A stretch of DNA of 64,000 nucleotides, from positions 4,377 to 68,376 of the forward strand of contig JBAUIH010000022.1 of assembly GCA_049682755.1 (NCBI GenBank), in the 5' to 3' direction. The notes below the pieces were generated by a model. It was given only the letters and a program-made list of their open reading frames with translations. It did no database searches and was not told where the DNA came from. Position numbers and translations under genes: made by a program. This DNA comes from Candidatus Aminicenantales bacterium (lineage in GTDB: Bacteria; Acidobacteriota; Aminicenantia; Aminicenantales; UBA8522). Shown here piece by piece: positions 55,497-64,000 of the stretch (positions within the stretch are counted from its first letter, which is position 1; each line of letters opens with the position of its first letter).

Positions 55497-55507
55497 AAGA
55501 GAACTTT

Positions 55508-56527
55508 ATGGAAAACGGCAAGCTTGTCTCGGTGTCTTCAGGAGTTGTTCTCATCTTCCTGATCGGTCTCATCTTGCACCTTGCCAAGCCCGTTTTTTTC
55601 CCCTTTTTCCTGGCGGTTTTCTTCTACTTCATCCTCTCTCCGCCTCTGGAAATCTTGCTGCGCTTGAAGATCCCCAGACCCCTGGCCGTGTTCCTGATCG
55701 TGGTCACGTCCTTCGTGGTCCTGTACCTGCTCGGGATTCTTTTTTACAATAGCGGCAAGGCCTTCGCCGCGTCCGTTCCGGACTATGCTCAAAGGATCAG
55801 CGGCGTCCTTCACTCGCTCGGCGAGAGGCTCCGCATGTCCAGACTCAGCTGGGACCCGATGCTCTGGAGCAAAAGCCTGGACAGCGGCCGGATCACAACC
55901 CTGTTTCTCCAGGCTTTGAACCAGATTTTCTCTCTCTTTTCGCTGTTCATCCTGGTCTTTGTTTTCCTGGTTTTCATGCTGGCCGGACGGGGCAAGCTCC
56001 AGGCCAAGGTGGAGAAATCGCTCAGTCCCCGGCGGGCTCAAACGATCAACCGGATCATCGAGAGGATCGATCATGATGTCCAGAAATACCTGGGTATCAA
56101 GACCGGGATCAGCATTCTCTCCGGGATGATCACGATGGTCGTTCTCCTCATCTTCGGAGTCGAGTTCGCCGTCCTTTTCGGGATCCTGACGGCGATCTTG
56201 AATTTTATACCCAGCCTGGGTTCCATCGTCAGCATGGCCCTGATCACCATCATCGCTATCTTCCAGTTCGGGAGCATCTTTCCCGCCCTCTGGATCCTTT
56301 TGATACTGGGAGGCCTGGACATAGTCATTCCCAACCTTTTGGAGCCGAAACTGATGGGCCAGGGGCTCGGGTTAAGTCCCCTTGTCGTTCTCTTCTCTCT
56401 CTTCTTCTGGGGGTGGCTCTGGGGAATCCCGGGGATGATCCTGTCTGTGCCTCTCATGGCCGTCATCAAAATCATCTGCGGCAATATCCCGGCGCTCGAA
56501 AGCGTCGCTCAATTCATGAGCAAATAA
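55508..56527 (+). CDS. AI-2E family (UPF0118/PerM-like) transporter
   Basis: Eight predicted TM segments with a typical AI-2E layout and a C-terminal MILSVPLMAVIKI segment. Confidence 0.65.
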   Translation: MENGKLVSVSSGVVLIFLIGLILHLAKPVFFPFFLAVFFYFILSPPLEILLRLKIPRPLAVFLIVVTSFVVLYLLGILFYNSGKAFAASVPDYAQRISGVLHSLGERLRMSRLSWDPMLWSKSLDSGRITTLFLQALNQIFSLFSLFILVFVFLVFMLAGRGKLQAKVEKSLSPRRAQTINRIIERIDHDVQKYLGIKTGISILSGMITMVVLLIFGVEFAVLFGILTAILNFIPSLGSIVSMALITIIAIFQFGSIFPALWILLILGGLDIVIPNLLEPKLMGQGLGLSPLVVLFSLFFWGWLWGIPGMILSVPLMAVIKIICGNIPALESVAQFMSK

Positions 56528-56549
56528 AGGGAAGCACTTTTTAGATAAA

Positions 56550-57179
56550 TCAAGGGCGGGTGATGGAGATATTGGCGCCGGAGGATTCCTGAAGCCGGGC
56601 CAAGCGATGCCCGAGATCCTGGAGATAGGATCGTCCTTCGAGGTGCTCCCGGGCCAGGTGTTTGACCGCCAAGATCGTGTTGTCCAGACACTTGATCTTC
56701 TCTTCGTCTGTGTAGCTTTCCAGGCTCTGAGGCAAGATGATCTTCCTCTGGAACCGGCATTGGTTGAGACTCAGGAAGACGGCCTCTCCCGCCTCGTTCC
56801 GGGAGCGTCTGTCGTCCCCGGGCGTCAGGACGAGAGAGCAGCCTTTCTGCACCCGGCTCTTGGCGTATTCGAGCGCCAGGATGGCGTCTTTATCCGTGAA
56901 GCCGGGATTTTTTTCTCTAAAATCATGGAGCGGCGCCTCGATGTTCAAGATCAGCCAGGCCAGCCGCTCGTCGTCCAGGACGTCCTCGGAAAACGGTCTT
57001 GTTTTTTGGATCACCCTTTTTTCTTGGTAGGATTTATGAGGTCCAAGATGGGGGCAGCCGGGTGGGCAGCGAAGATCTTTCTCGCGGAGTTGTCCGCAGC
57101 AGAGAGAACAAAGGGATGAGCCCAGGGCGGGACAAAACCTTTTGGCCTTTCTCTGTTGACAGCGGGAACATTTGGCCAT
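56550..57179 (-). CDS. Cys-rich (zinc-ribbon-like) hypothetical protein
   Basis: N-terminus MAKCSRCQQRKAKRFCPALGSSLCSLCCGQLREKDLRCPPGCPH carries 10 Cys in 45 aa. The rest matches no known domain. Confidence 0.3.
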   Translation of the reverse strand: MAKCSRCQQRKAKRFCPALGSSLCSLCCGQLREKDLRCPPGCPHLGPHKSYQEKRVIQKTRPFSEDVLDDERLAWLILNIEAPLHDFREKNPGFTDKDAILALEYAKSRVQKGCSLVLTPGDDRRSRNEAGEAVFLSLNQCRFQRKIILPQSLESYTDEEKIKCLDNTILAVKHLAREHLEGRSYLQDLGHRLARLQESSGANISITRP

Positions 57180-57285
57180 GATCCGGATATTCCTCAAGAG
57201 GTCAGATGAAAGGTTCCGGCCGTATCTTTCGGGCCGGACAGACTGTTGAAGATCGGGGCCGCTGGCTTGATTTCACTTTCTTCGA

Positions 57286-58026
57286 TCATTTCTTGAGCAC
57301 AAAAGTCTCATCCGCCAGGGCCTTCATCCTGCGTCCGAGAAGGCTCTTGAGCGCATTCTGGGCGGCGCGTTGTTCGGCATTCTTTTTGGAAGTTCCTTTG
57401 GCCTTGGCCAGGGGACGGCGATCTACGGAGACCTCGACCAAAAACGTCTTGTTGTGATCGGGCCCGACCGAGGTGACGGTCCGATAGGCGGGTGCCGGCC
57501 AGTTGTTCTTCTGGAAGTATTCCTGCAAAGCGGATTTATAATTGTTGATCAATTGTTCACCGCGGCCGCTCTTTTTAAACGCCTTCCGGAGCATCGGGGA
57601 AAAGAGTCCCTTGGCCGCTTCATATCCTTGATCAAGATAGACCGCGCCCAGAAGGGCCTCGAAAGCGCCGGCCAGGATATTCCTTTTCTTTCTGCCGCCG
57701 CTTCTCTCTTCCCCTTTCCCCAGGAGGAGAAATTTGTGGAGGCCGATTTTCAGGGCAAAGCCGGAAAGGGATGTCGTGCTGGCCGCGACGGATTTGTATT
57801 TGGAAAGATCCCCTTCCTTGAGGTTCGGATACGTGGCGCAAAAGAAATCCGCGGTAACCAGCCCGACGACCGAATCCCCCAGGAATTCCAGAACCTCATT
57901 GTCCTCCACTCCCTCCTCGATGTGTTCATAAGCATAGGAAGAGTGGGTGAGGGCCCTGCGGAGAAAAGCCTTGTCACGGAAGGCGAGGCCAACGGCCTTT
58001 TCAACGTGGGCAAGGTTGGCGATCAT
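57286..58026 (-). CDS. rnc: Ribonuclease III
   Basis: RNase III signature NEVLEFLGDSV and a C-terminal dsRBD. ATGA overlap with pyrC. Confidence 0.9.
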   Translation of the reverse strand: MIANLAHVEKAVGLAFRDKAFLRRALTHSSYAYEHIEEGVEDNEVLEFLGDSVVGLVTADFFCATYPNLKEGDLSKYKSVAASTTSLSGFALKIGLHKFLLLGKGEERSGGRKKRNILAGAFEALLGAVYLDQGYEAAKGLFSPMLRKAFKKSGRGEQLINNYKSALQEYFQKNNWPAPAYRTVTSVGPDHNKTFLVEVSVDRRPLAKAKGTSKKNAEQRAAQNALKSLLGRRMKALADETFVLKK

Positions 58027-59318
58027 GGCACCGGGGAAGGGCTGAACGGGTAGACGACTTTCCCCCCGACAATCGTCATCTGAGGAGCGCCTCTGAGCTT
58101 CCAGCCGTGGAAGGGATTGTTCCGGCTCTTGGAGGCGAAGTCCCCGACATCGACGACGACCTCTTTATGAAGATTGAGGATCGTCAGATCGGCATCGGCG
58201 CCCGGCGAGATCCGGCCCTTTCCCGTGAGCCCCAATATCTGGGCCGGGCGGGTGGAGAACATCTCGATCAAGCGCGTCAGAGAAATGATCTGTTTCCTGA
58301 CCAATCTATCCAGAAGCACAGAAACCGCCGTCTCCAGGCCGGCGATTCCGAAGGGCGCCTGCTCGAAACCGAGCGCCTTTTGTTCGGGGGTATGGGGAGC
58401 GTGGTCGGTGGCAAAGACATCGATCACTCCGTCGGCAACAGCCTTCCGTAGAGCTTCGGCATCCCGGGCATCCCTGAGGGGGGGATTGACCTTGAGGTCG
58501 GGATGACCGCTCTTCAGGGCCGCATCGGTCAGGACCAAATGGTGGGGGGTGACTTCGGCGGTCACCGGAGATTTTTTCTCTTTGGCCCAGCGAACGAGCT
58601 CGACAGCTCCCCGGGTACTGAGGTGGGCAATGTGCACCCGGCTGCCGACCGCTGCGGCCAGGATGATATCCCGGGAGACCATGACGTCTTCGGCTGAGGC
58701 AGGAATTCCCCGAAGACCCATTCGGGCGGACATCAGGCCCTCATTGATGAGGCCTTCACCGCTCAGGCTGTCGTCTTCGCAATGCTCGATGATCAGAGCG
58801 TTCAGTCCCTTGGCGATTTCAAGGGCCTGTTTCATAATCCGGCTGTTCTGGATTCCGCGGCCGTCATCAGAAAAAGCGACGGCCCCGGCGGCCATCAGGT
58901 CGGCCATAGCGGTCAATTGATTCCCGGCCAGCCCTGTGGTGACTGCGGCGATCGGCATGATGGAGACGATGGCCCGTTTGTGCGCCTCGGCGATGATGTA
59001 TTTCGTCACGACGCGATGGTCATTGACGGGATTCGTGTTGGCCATGGCGCAAATCGAAGTGAAACCTCCCCTGGCCGCCGCCCGCGAAGCCGTGGCGATG
59101 TCCTCTTTTTCCTCCTGACCCGGTTCCCTGATATGGGAATGCAGGTCGATGAACCCCGGGGCCACCACGAGCCGGGAAGCGTCGATCATCGGAACATCCG
59201 CTGCCTCGAGCTTAGAGCCGAGCGCGCGGATCTTTCCGTTTTCGATCAGGATGTTCAGCGTTTCGTCGGTTCGGGTCGAAGGGTCGATGACCCTTCCGTT
59301 TTTAATCAGGAGTTTCAT
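58023..59318 (-). CDS. pyrC: Dihydroorotase (amidohydrolase superfamily, HxH present)
   Basis: Motifs DLHSHIREPG, DHAPH and VIDVFATDHAPHT. Directly downstream of pyrR. Confidence 0.75.
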   Translation of the reverse strand: MKLLIKNGRVIDPSTRTDETLNILIENGKIRALGSKLEAADVPMIDASRLVVAPGFIDLHSHIREPGQEEKEDIATASRAAARGGFTSICAMANTNPVNDHRVVTKYIIAEAHKRAIVSIMPIAAVTTGLAGNQLTAMADLMAAGAVAFSDDGRGIQNSRIMKQALEIAKGLNALIIEHCEDDSLSGEGLINEGLMSARMGLRGIPASAEDVMVSRDIILAAAVGSRVHIAHLSTRGAVELVRWAKEKKSPVTAEVTPHHLVLTDAALKSGHPDLKVNPPLRDARDAEALRKAVADGVIDVFATDHAPHTPEQKALGFEQAPFGIAGLETAVSVLLDRLVRKQIISLTRLIEMFSTRPAQILGLTGKGRISPGADADLTILNLHKEVVVDVGDFASKSRNNPFHGWKLRGAPQMTIVGGKVVYPFSPSPVP

Positions 59319-59896
59319 GGTTTCTCCCTCGCGGGGCTCTTTTTCCTGAGTCCAATGGGTTCACTGATCAGAACCTCATCCCTGCCGTCGACCTCGGCCA
59401 GCATGACCTGAACGAGTTCCCGCTTGGAGGTGGGCAGGACCTTGCCCACATAATCGGCCTGGATGGGAAGCTCTCGGTGCCCCCGATCGATCAGGACGAG
59501 CAACTGAATCGTCCGGGGCCTTCCCAGGTTGAAGAGTCCGTCCATGGCCGCGCGGGTGGTTCGGCCGGTGTTGAGGACATCGTCGACGAGGAGAACGTCC
59601 ATGTCGCCGATCGTGAAGGGGATCTCCGTCTTCTGAACGACCGGAGAGACATTGCGGTCCGAGACGTCATCCCGGTAAGGGCTGATGTCGAGCGCTCCGA
59701 CTGGGATGTCCACCCTCTCGAGCTCCCCGATCAATCGGGAGATGCGTTTGCCGAGGAAGATGCCCCTGGTCCTAATGCCGATGACCACTAGATTTTTCAG
59801 GTTGCGATTTCTTTCCAGGATCTCGGTCGTCATTCGGATGAGGGCTCTCTTGATCTTGCTCCCATCCATGACTTTAGCCTTGATCTTGACTTTCAT
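59315..59896 (-). CDS. pyrR: Bifunctional pyrimidine operon regulator / uracil phosphoribosyltransferase
   Basis: PRPP-binding motif VLLVDDVLNTGRTTRAAMD. The ATG at 59896 is preceded by CAGGAG. The listed ORF starts with a TTG at 59902. Confidence 0.85.
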   Translation of the reverse strand: MKVKIKAKVMDGSKIKRALIRMTTEILERNRNLKNLVVIGIRTRGIFLGKRISRLIGELERVDIPVGALDISPYRDDVSDRNVSPVVQKTEIPFTIGDMDVLLVDDVLNTGRTTRAAMDGLFNLGRPRTIQLLVLIDRGHRELPIQADYVGKVLPTSKRELVQVMLAEVDGRDEVLISEPIGLRKKSPAREKP

Positions 59897-59902
59897 AAAC
59901 AA

Positions 59903-59932
59903 TCTCCTGAGGCTGGCGCCCTCTCTTTGAAA
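59903..59932 (-). promoter_or_regulatory. Candidate PyrR-binding hairpin in the pyrR leader, overlapping the SD
   Basis: RNA UCAAAGAGAGGGCGCCAGCCUCAGGAG contains AGAGAGG and a GAGG/CCUC stem abutting the AGGAG SD. It resembles the PyrR box core CCAGAGAGGCU but is not an exact match. Confidence 0.25.
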
Positions 59933-59968
59933 ATGCCCGAAGAGCCGGAAAATGTCAACTGAGCCGAA

Positions 59969-60928
59969 TCATTGTCCCGGCAGGACCCGAATGTGCTCGA
60001 AGGATGATGCTATCTTTTCGAAATACAAACGGGAGGCGGCCACGTCATTATGGATCTGTCTGGTCAACGCGTCCGCTCCGGAAAATTGCTTTTCCTTTCT
60101 TAGCCGGCGGAAAAATTGAAGGCCGATTTTGTGCCGGTAGAGAGGGCCATCGAAATCAAAGACGTACGTTTCGATCTGCGCCGGGCCGCCCCCGAAGGTC
60201 GGCCGGCTTCCGCAGTTCGTCAATGAAGGAAAAAGCCGGCCCCGGATCCGAGCCCAGGTGAGGTGGACTCCAGGCGGCGCGATTTCATTTTCCGTCCGGA
60301 TATTGGCCGTCGGGAATCCCAGGTTTCGGCCAAGACCTCGGCCTCTGATCACCCGGCCTTCGATGAGATAGGGGTGACCTAAGAGCGCGTTGGCAGAGAG
60401 GATATCCCCTGCTTGAAGATAGCCCCGGATGCGGCTGCTACTGACGACCTGTCTTTTTCTGACGACGGGCGCCCGCGGATGCACGGAGAAACCCTTCTTG
60501 CCGCCAAGACGGCGCAGGTCATCGATGTTCCCCCGGCGGTTCCGGCCAAACCGAAAATTTTCACCGACAACGACTTCATGAGCGGCTAATGAATGAACGA
60601 TGACTTGACTGACGAACTCTTCAACGGTCAGATCGGCGAACCCCCTGGTGAAGTTCGCGACCAGAACGGCCTCGACACCGCTCCTCCGGAGTCCTCTGAG
60701 CCGTTGCTCCAGGGTCTGGATCATAGGCGTCCGGCCTCCGCCCAGGATTTTTTCCGGGTGGGGTGAGAACGTTAGGACAAGAGAGGTCAGTTGTGCGGCC
60801 CGTGCCTTATCGACCAGAAAGCGAAGAATTTCTTGATGTCCGAGGTGAAGCCCGTCGAAGTTGCCGATGGCCACCGCAGTGCCATCCTGAAAAGCAGCCC
60901 TGTTCTCGAATCCGTGGAAGACCTTCAT
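59969..60928 (-). CDS. ribF: Bifunctional riboflavin kinase / FMN adenylyltransferase
   Basis: N-terminal FAD-synthetase region (VAIGNFDGLHLGHQ) and C-terminal riboflavin kinase region (GFPTANI...ETYVFDFDGPLY). Confidence 0.9.
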   Translation of the reverse strand: MKVFHGFENRAAFQDGTAVAIGNFDGLHLGHQEILRFLVDKARAAQLTSLVLTFSPHPEKILGGGRTPMIQTLEQRLRGLRRSGVEAVLVANFTRGFADLTVEEFVSQVIVHSLAAHEVVVGENFRFGRNRRGNIDDLRRLGGKKGFSVHPRAPVVRKRQVVSSSRIRGYLQAGDILSANALLGHPYLIEGRVIRGRGLGRNLGFPTANIRTENEIAPPGVHLTWARIRGRLFPSLTNCGSRPTFGGGPAQIETYVFDFDGPLYRHKIGLQFFRRLRKEKQFSGADALTRQIHNDVAASRLYFEKIASSFEHIRVLPGQ

Positions 60929-60932
60929 GGGA

Positions 60933-61259
60933 TCAGAGGGCGATGATCTTGGCTTTTTCCAGATAGGCGGCCTTGAGCTGTTGGAGGCAGGACCCTAAAA
61001 ATTTCTCCTCCTCGGGAGCGAGGTTACCTTTGGTGCGATCCTTGAGGAGATCGAGAATATCGATCAGCCTCCGGGCCAACGCCAGATTCATTTCAGGCTC
61101 CGTTTTTTCCTGATCTGCCAGGAGTCCGAGCTTGAGCAACGCCTGAGTGAAAATGGGGAGAACGATCGTGCTGAAATCCAGCGGAGGCAAGAATTCCTGG
61201 CGGAATGACCCCTCAAGATCTTCCGGGCGCAGGGGATCATCGGATTTTTTTCCGGTCAT
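60933..61259 (-). CDS. DUF1844-family small protein
   Basis: Region FSTIVLPIFTQALLKLG...DRTKGNLAPEE matches the DUF1844 pattern. Confidence 0.5.
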   Translation of the reverse strand: MTGKKSDDPLRPEDLEGSFRQEFLPPLDFSTIVLPIFTQALLKLGLLADQEKTEPEMNLALARRLIDILDLLKDRTKGNLAPEEEKFLGSCLQQLKAAYLEKAKIIAL

Positions 61260-62435
61260 GGTCGTCCTCTTGTGGCCCCCTGCCTGCCGGAAAGGGGGAT
61301 GGATGTTTGCACCGCCTTCTTCCTCATCACCAAACCGGCCGTGACAAATGCGTCCAGGTCTCCGTCCAAAATGCTGTCGACATCACCGGTTTCAGTCCGT
61401 GTCCGCAGGTCCTTGATCATTCGGTAGGGGTGGAGAACATAAGACCGGATCTGGCTGCCCCAGGCGATTTCGGATTTGCTCTCTTCCATTTTCTCGAACT
61501 TCTCGAGCTGCTTTTTCTTCTCCATTTCGTAAAGACGGGCTTTCAATACTTTCATCGCCGAGGCTTTGTTTTTATGCTGCGACCTCTCGCTTTGGCATTG
61601 AACAACGATCCCGGTGGGGAGATGGGTGATCCGGACGGCCGAGTCAGTGACGTTGACGTGCTGGCCGCCGCGGCCCGAGGCCCGGTAGGTGTCGACGCGA
61701 AGGTCTTCCGGATTGATCGAGACGGCGATGTCCTCCTCGACCTCGGGAAAAACGAAGACGGCAGCGAAAGAGGTATGGCGCCGCTTGTTGGCGTCAAACG
61801 GAGAAATCCGGACCAGCCGGTGGACGCCCGATTCCTGGCCGAAACGGCCGAACGCGTAATCCCCTTCCACCCTCACGGTGACGCTTTTGATGCCGGCCTC
61901 CTCTCCAGGCATCACATCGAGGATCTCAGTTTTATAGCCCTTGCGTTCGGCATATCTGAGGTACATTCGCAGGAGCATCTGGGCCCAGTCCTGAGATTCG
62001 GTCCCACCCGCGCCGGGGTGGATGGTGAAGAGGGCGTTGCGGACATCATCTTCCTCGAAGAAGAGGGTTTGAAGCTCCACTTCCTCAAGGTTTTTGGTCA
62101 GGCCGGCGAGGGCCTGTTTCAACTCTCCGCCGACATCCTCTCCCTCGACTAGAAGCTCGGATAAAACCTCGACCTCGTCTTTCTTTTCTTCCAGACGGGA
62201 AAAGGCCCTGACCTCATATTCAAGCTTTTTTTTCTTTTGTTGCAGGGCCTGGGACCTTTTCTGGTTCTGCCAGACCGCAGGCAACGAGAGTTCCTCCGTG
62301 AGGGCGGCGAGCTGGGATCTTTTGCCTTCTAGGTCAAAGAAAACCTCGGAGCTCTTCAAACTTGAGCAAGTGCTCTCTGATCTGGGCGTGGAGATCAGAT
62401 GACGAGTTTACTGGGGTTGATTTTTCTGCGCTCAC
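61256..62435 (-). CDS. prfB: Peptide chain release factor 2, with programmed +1 frameshift at about 62336
   Basis: Main frame has SPF (SPFDANKRRH) and GGQ (RASGRGGQHVN). A short upstream frame (GTG about 62435, MSAEKSTPVNSSSDLHAQIREHLLKFEELRGFL) ends in CTT TGA C after a GAGG element. The listed ORF starts at the TTG at 62359. Confidence 0.85.
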
Positions 62436-62457
62436 CGGTCTTCTTGACAAGCGCAAG

Positions 62458-62484
62458 AATATAGAAGACACCCGTCCATGTCAA
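62458..62484 (-). promoter_or_regulatory. Candidate sigma70 promoter for prfB (TTGACA-15-TATATT)
   Basis: Read on the minus strand, about 20-45 nt upstream of the frame-0 start of prfB. Confidence 0.3.
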
Positions 62485-62534
62485 GCCCCGGAAGGAAAGA
62501 AATCTTTGTATATAGGTGCCTTTTTCGGCGTCCG

Positions 62535-63155
62535 TCAATCCCGGACGATAAAGTAATCGGTCTTTCTCCCCGCCGCGGCGGCGATCTTGCCCCGGACCAC
62601 TTCCGCCTCTTCCCTGGTCAAGAAGCCTCCGACTCTCACCCTGTAGACGGGAGTCCGGTCGGTCGGCTGCGGATTCATAACCACAACCGGATAGCCCATT
62701 CCTCTGAACCTCTGGGCAGTCGTTTGCGCGGCCGGCTCTTCAGCCAGGGCGGCGACCTGAACATAGTAGAGGTTTTTCTCAGGGGCAGGCTTCTGTTGTC
62801 CGGCTTTCTCTCTCACCTTGGGCTCCGTCCTTGGCGACGCGGGCTTGGATTGATCGGGAAGGATCTCTTTCTTTACCGGGGCTGACTCCGTTTCGGAGGC
62901 CGTTACTTTGCCGGACGGCTGACGAGCGGACTCCTGTTCCGGTTTCATCTCAGGCAGCATGGTGATCTTTTCCTGGACCGGCGCCGCTTCCTGATGAGCG
63001 ATGATGTTGGCCTTCTCGGCGACTTGAACGTGCTTCTTTCCGACCGAGACACCGAGCAAAAAGATGATCACACCGATGATCAAGATGCCCAGGAAGATGA
63101 TGGCCAACTGTGTGCTGGAGACCTGGATTTCCCGAAATTCTCTGTTTTTCATCAC
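62535..63155 (-). CDS. SPOR-domain (peptidoglycan-binding) membrane protein
   Basis: N-terminal TM helix, a Pro/Glu/Lys-rich linker, and a C-terminal SPOR-like domain (YYVQVAAL...YRVRVGGF). Confidence 0.55.
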   Translation of the reverse strand: MMKNREFREIQVSSTQLAIIFLGILIIGVIIFLLGVSVGKKHVQVAEKANIIAHQEAAPVQEKITMLPEMKPEQESARQPSGKVTASETESAPVKKEILPDQSKPASPRTEPKVREKAGQQKPAPEKNLYYVQVAALAEEPAAQTTAQRFRGMGYPVVVMNPQPTDRTPVYRVRVGGFLTREEAEVVRGKIAAAAGRKTDYFIVRD

Positions 63156-63919
63156 GATTTATCGGTCCGCGGCTTTTCGGGCAGAAAAGGCCTCAGGAAC
63201 TCGATGGGCAGCGGGAAGATGATGGTCGAGTTTTTTTCAGTGGCGATCTCGGTCATGGTCTGCAGGAATCGAAGCTGCAAGGTTTGGGGGTTCCGGGAAA
63301 TGATGTCGGCCGCGTCGGTCAGTTTGGAGGCCGCCTGGTATTCCCCGTCGGCATGGATGACCTTGGCCCGCCGTTCCCGCTCTGCTTCGGCCTGCTTGGC
63401 GATCGCCCGGACCATCGTGTCGGGGAGGTCGACATGCTTCATCTCAACCAGCTGGACCTTGATCCCCCAGGGATCGGTATGTTTATCCAGGATCTCCTGG
63501 AGCTGGGCATTCAGTTTCTCCCGCTCGGAGAGGAGGTCGTCGAGTTCGACTTCCCCAAGCACGCTGCGGAGGGTCGTCTGCGATAGCTGCGACGTCGCGT
63601 AGAGAAAATCCTGAACCTCGATGATCGCTTTGAGCGGCTCCATAACCCGGAAATAGACAACCGCGTTGACCTTGACCGTGACGTTGTCCCTGGTGATGAC
63701 ATCCTGCGGCGGGATGTCCAAAGTGACGAGTCTCAGGCTGACCTTCAGCATGCGGTCAATGGGCGCGAAGACGAAGATCAGGCCGGGGCCTTTGGGTTGA
63801 GGAAGGACACGCCCCAAGCGGAAGATAACCCCGCGTTCGTATTCCCGCAAAACCTTGATGCAGTTCAAAAGATAAAGAACAATAATGCCGGCGATAATGA
63901 TCGGAACTGATAAAACCAT
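63152..63919 (-). CDS. SPFH/band-7 (stomatin/prohibitin-like) membrane protein
   Basis: Starts at ATG 63919 (MVLSVPIII..., RBS AAGGAGG). SPFH core GVIFRLGR...[18 protein letters not shown]. Confidence 0.75.
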   Translation of the reverse strand: MVLSVPIIIAGIIVLYLLNCIKVLREYERGVIFRLGRVLPQPKGPGLIFVFAPIDRMLKVSLRLVTLDIPPQDVITRDNVTVKVNAVVYFRVMEPLKAIIEVQDFLYATSQLSQTTLRSVLGEVELDDLLSEREKLNAQLQEILDKHTDPWGIKVQLVEMKHVDLPDTMVRAIAKQAEAERERRAKVIHADGEYQAASKLTDAADIISRNPQTLQLRFLQTMTEIATEKNSTIIFPLPIEFLRPFLPEKPRTDKS

Positions 63920-64000
63920 CGAAGCCTCCTTCCTTTTCTCCGGGCAGCCGTCCACTCGGACCGACCGGTCGGGATTCTTGCTACAACTTCTCGACGCGGA

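Noticed and set aside
1-64000. Search for tRNA, rRNA, CRISPR repeats, transposase or integrase genes
   Set aside because: No intergenic gap longer than about 235 bp exists. No T-loop-like GTTCGAATC-type motifs, no regularly spaced direct repeats, and no recombinase-like ORFs were seen. The window looks like core chromosome rather than a mobile island.

Overview
This is a densely coded, GC-rich (about 60% by eye) bacterial chromosomal segment with the gene content of an anaerobe. Almost every gap is under 150 bp, and stop/start overlaps (ATGA, TGATG) are frequent. Strong AGGAGG-type ribosome-binding sites sit in front of several genes.

I found no rRNA, tRNA, CRISPR array, transposase or integrase.

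Housekeeping genes include:
- argS.
- An apparent six-gene gcvT-gcvH-gcvPA-gcvPB-glyQ-glyS operon.
- mutY and ogt.
- pyrR-pyrC-rnc.
- ribF.
- prfB, carrying its programmed +1 frameshift.

Accessory blocks include:
- A GldG/DUF4340/ABC-2 transporter cluster.
- A c-di-GMP phosphorelay: hybrid histidine kinase, then receiver-GGDEF, then Hpt.
- A PilZ protein divergent from a nine-Asp-box BNR protein.
- A Ser/Thr kinase with a zinc ribbon and TPR repeats.

The most unusual region is a roughly 12-kb, 13-gene, translationally coupled minus-strand operon (32359-44362). It combines HdrABC-MvhD, an Flx/Hyd-like NAD(P)H flavoprotein/FeS module, a four-subunit 2-oxoacid:ferredoxin oxidoreductase, and a soluble FrdAB-like fumarate reductase. 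I read it as a candidate flavin-based electron-bifurcating system of undescribed composition.

Next to it (44456-50501) lies a small locus containing:
- An AmmeMemoRadiSam-type radical SAM enzyme with a Tat-like N-terminal leader and no AMMECR1 or Memo partner genes.
- A DUF362 protein.
- A polytopic membrane protein with an embedded spermidine-synthase-like domain.
- An alpha/beta hydrolase.

All calls rest on motif recognition by eye. Coordinates of hand-derived sites may be off by a base or two.
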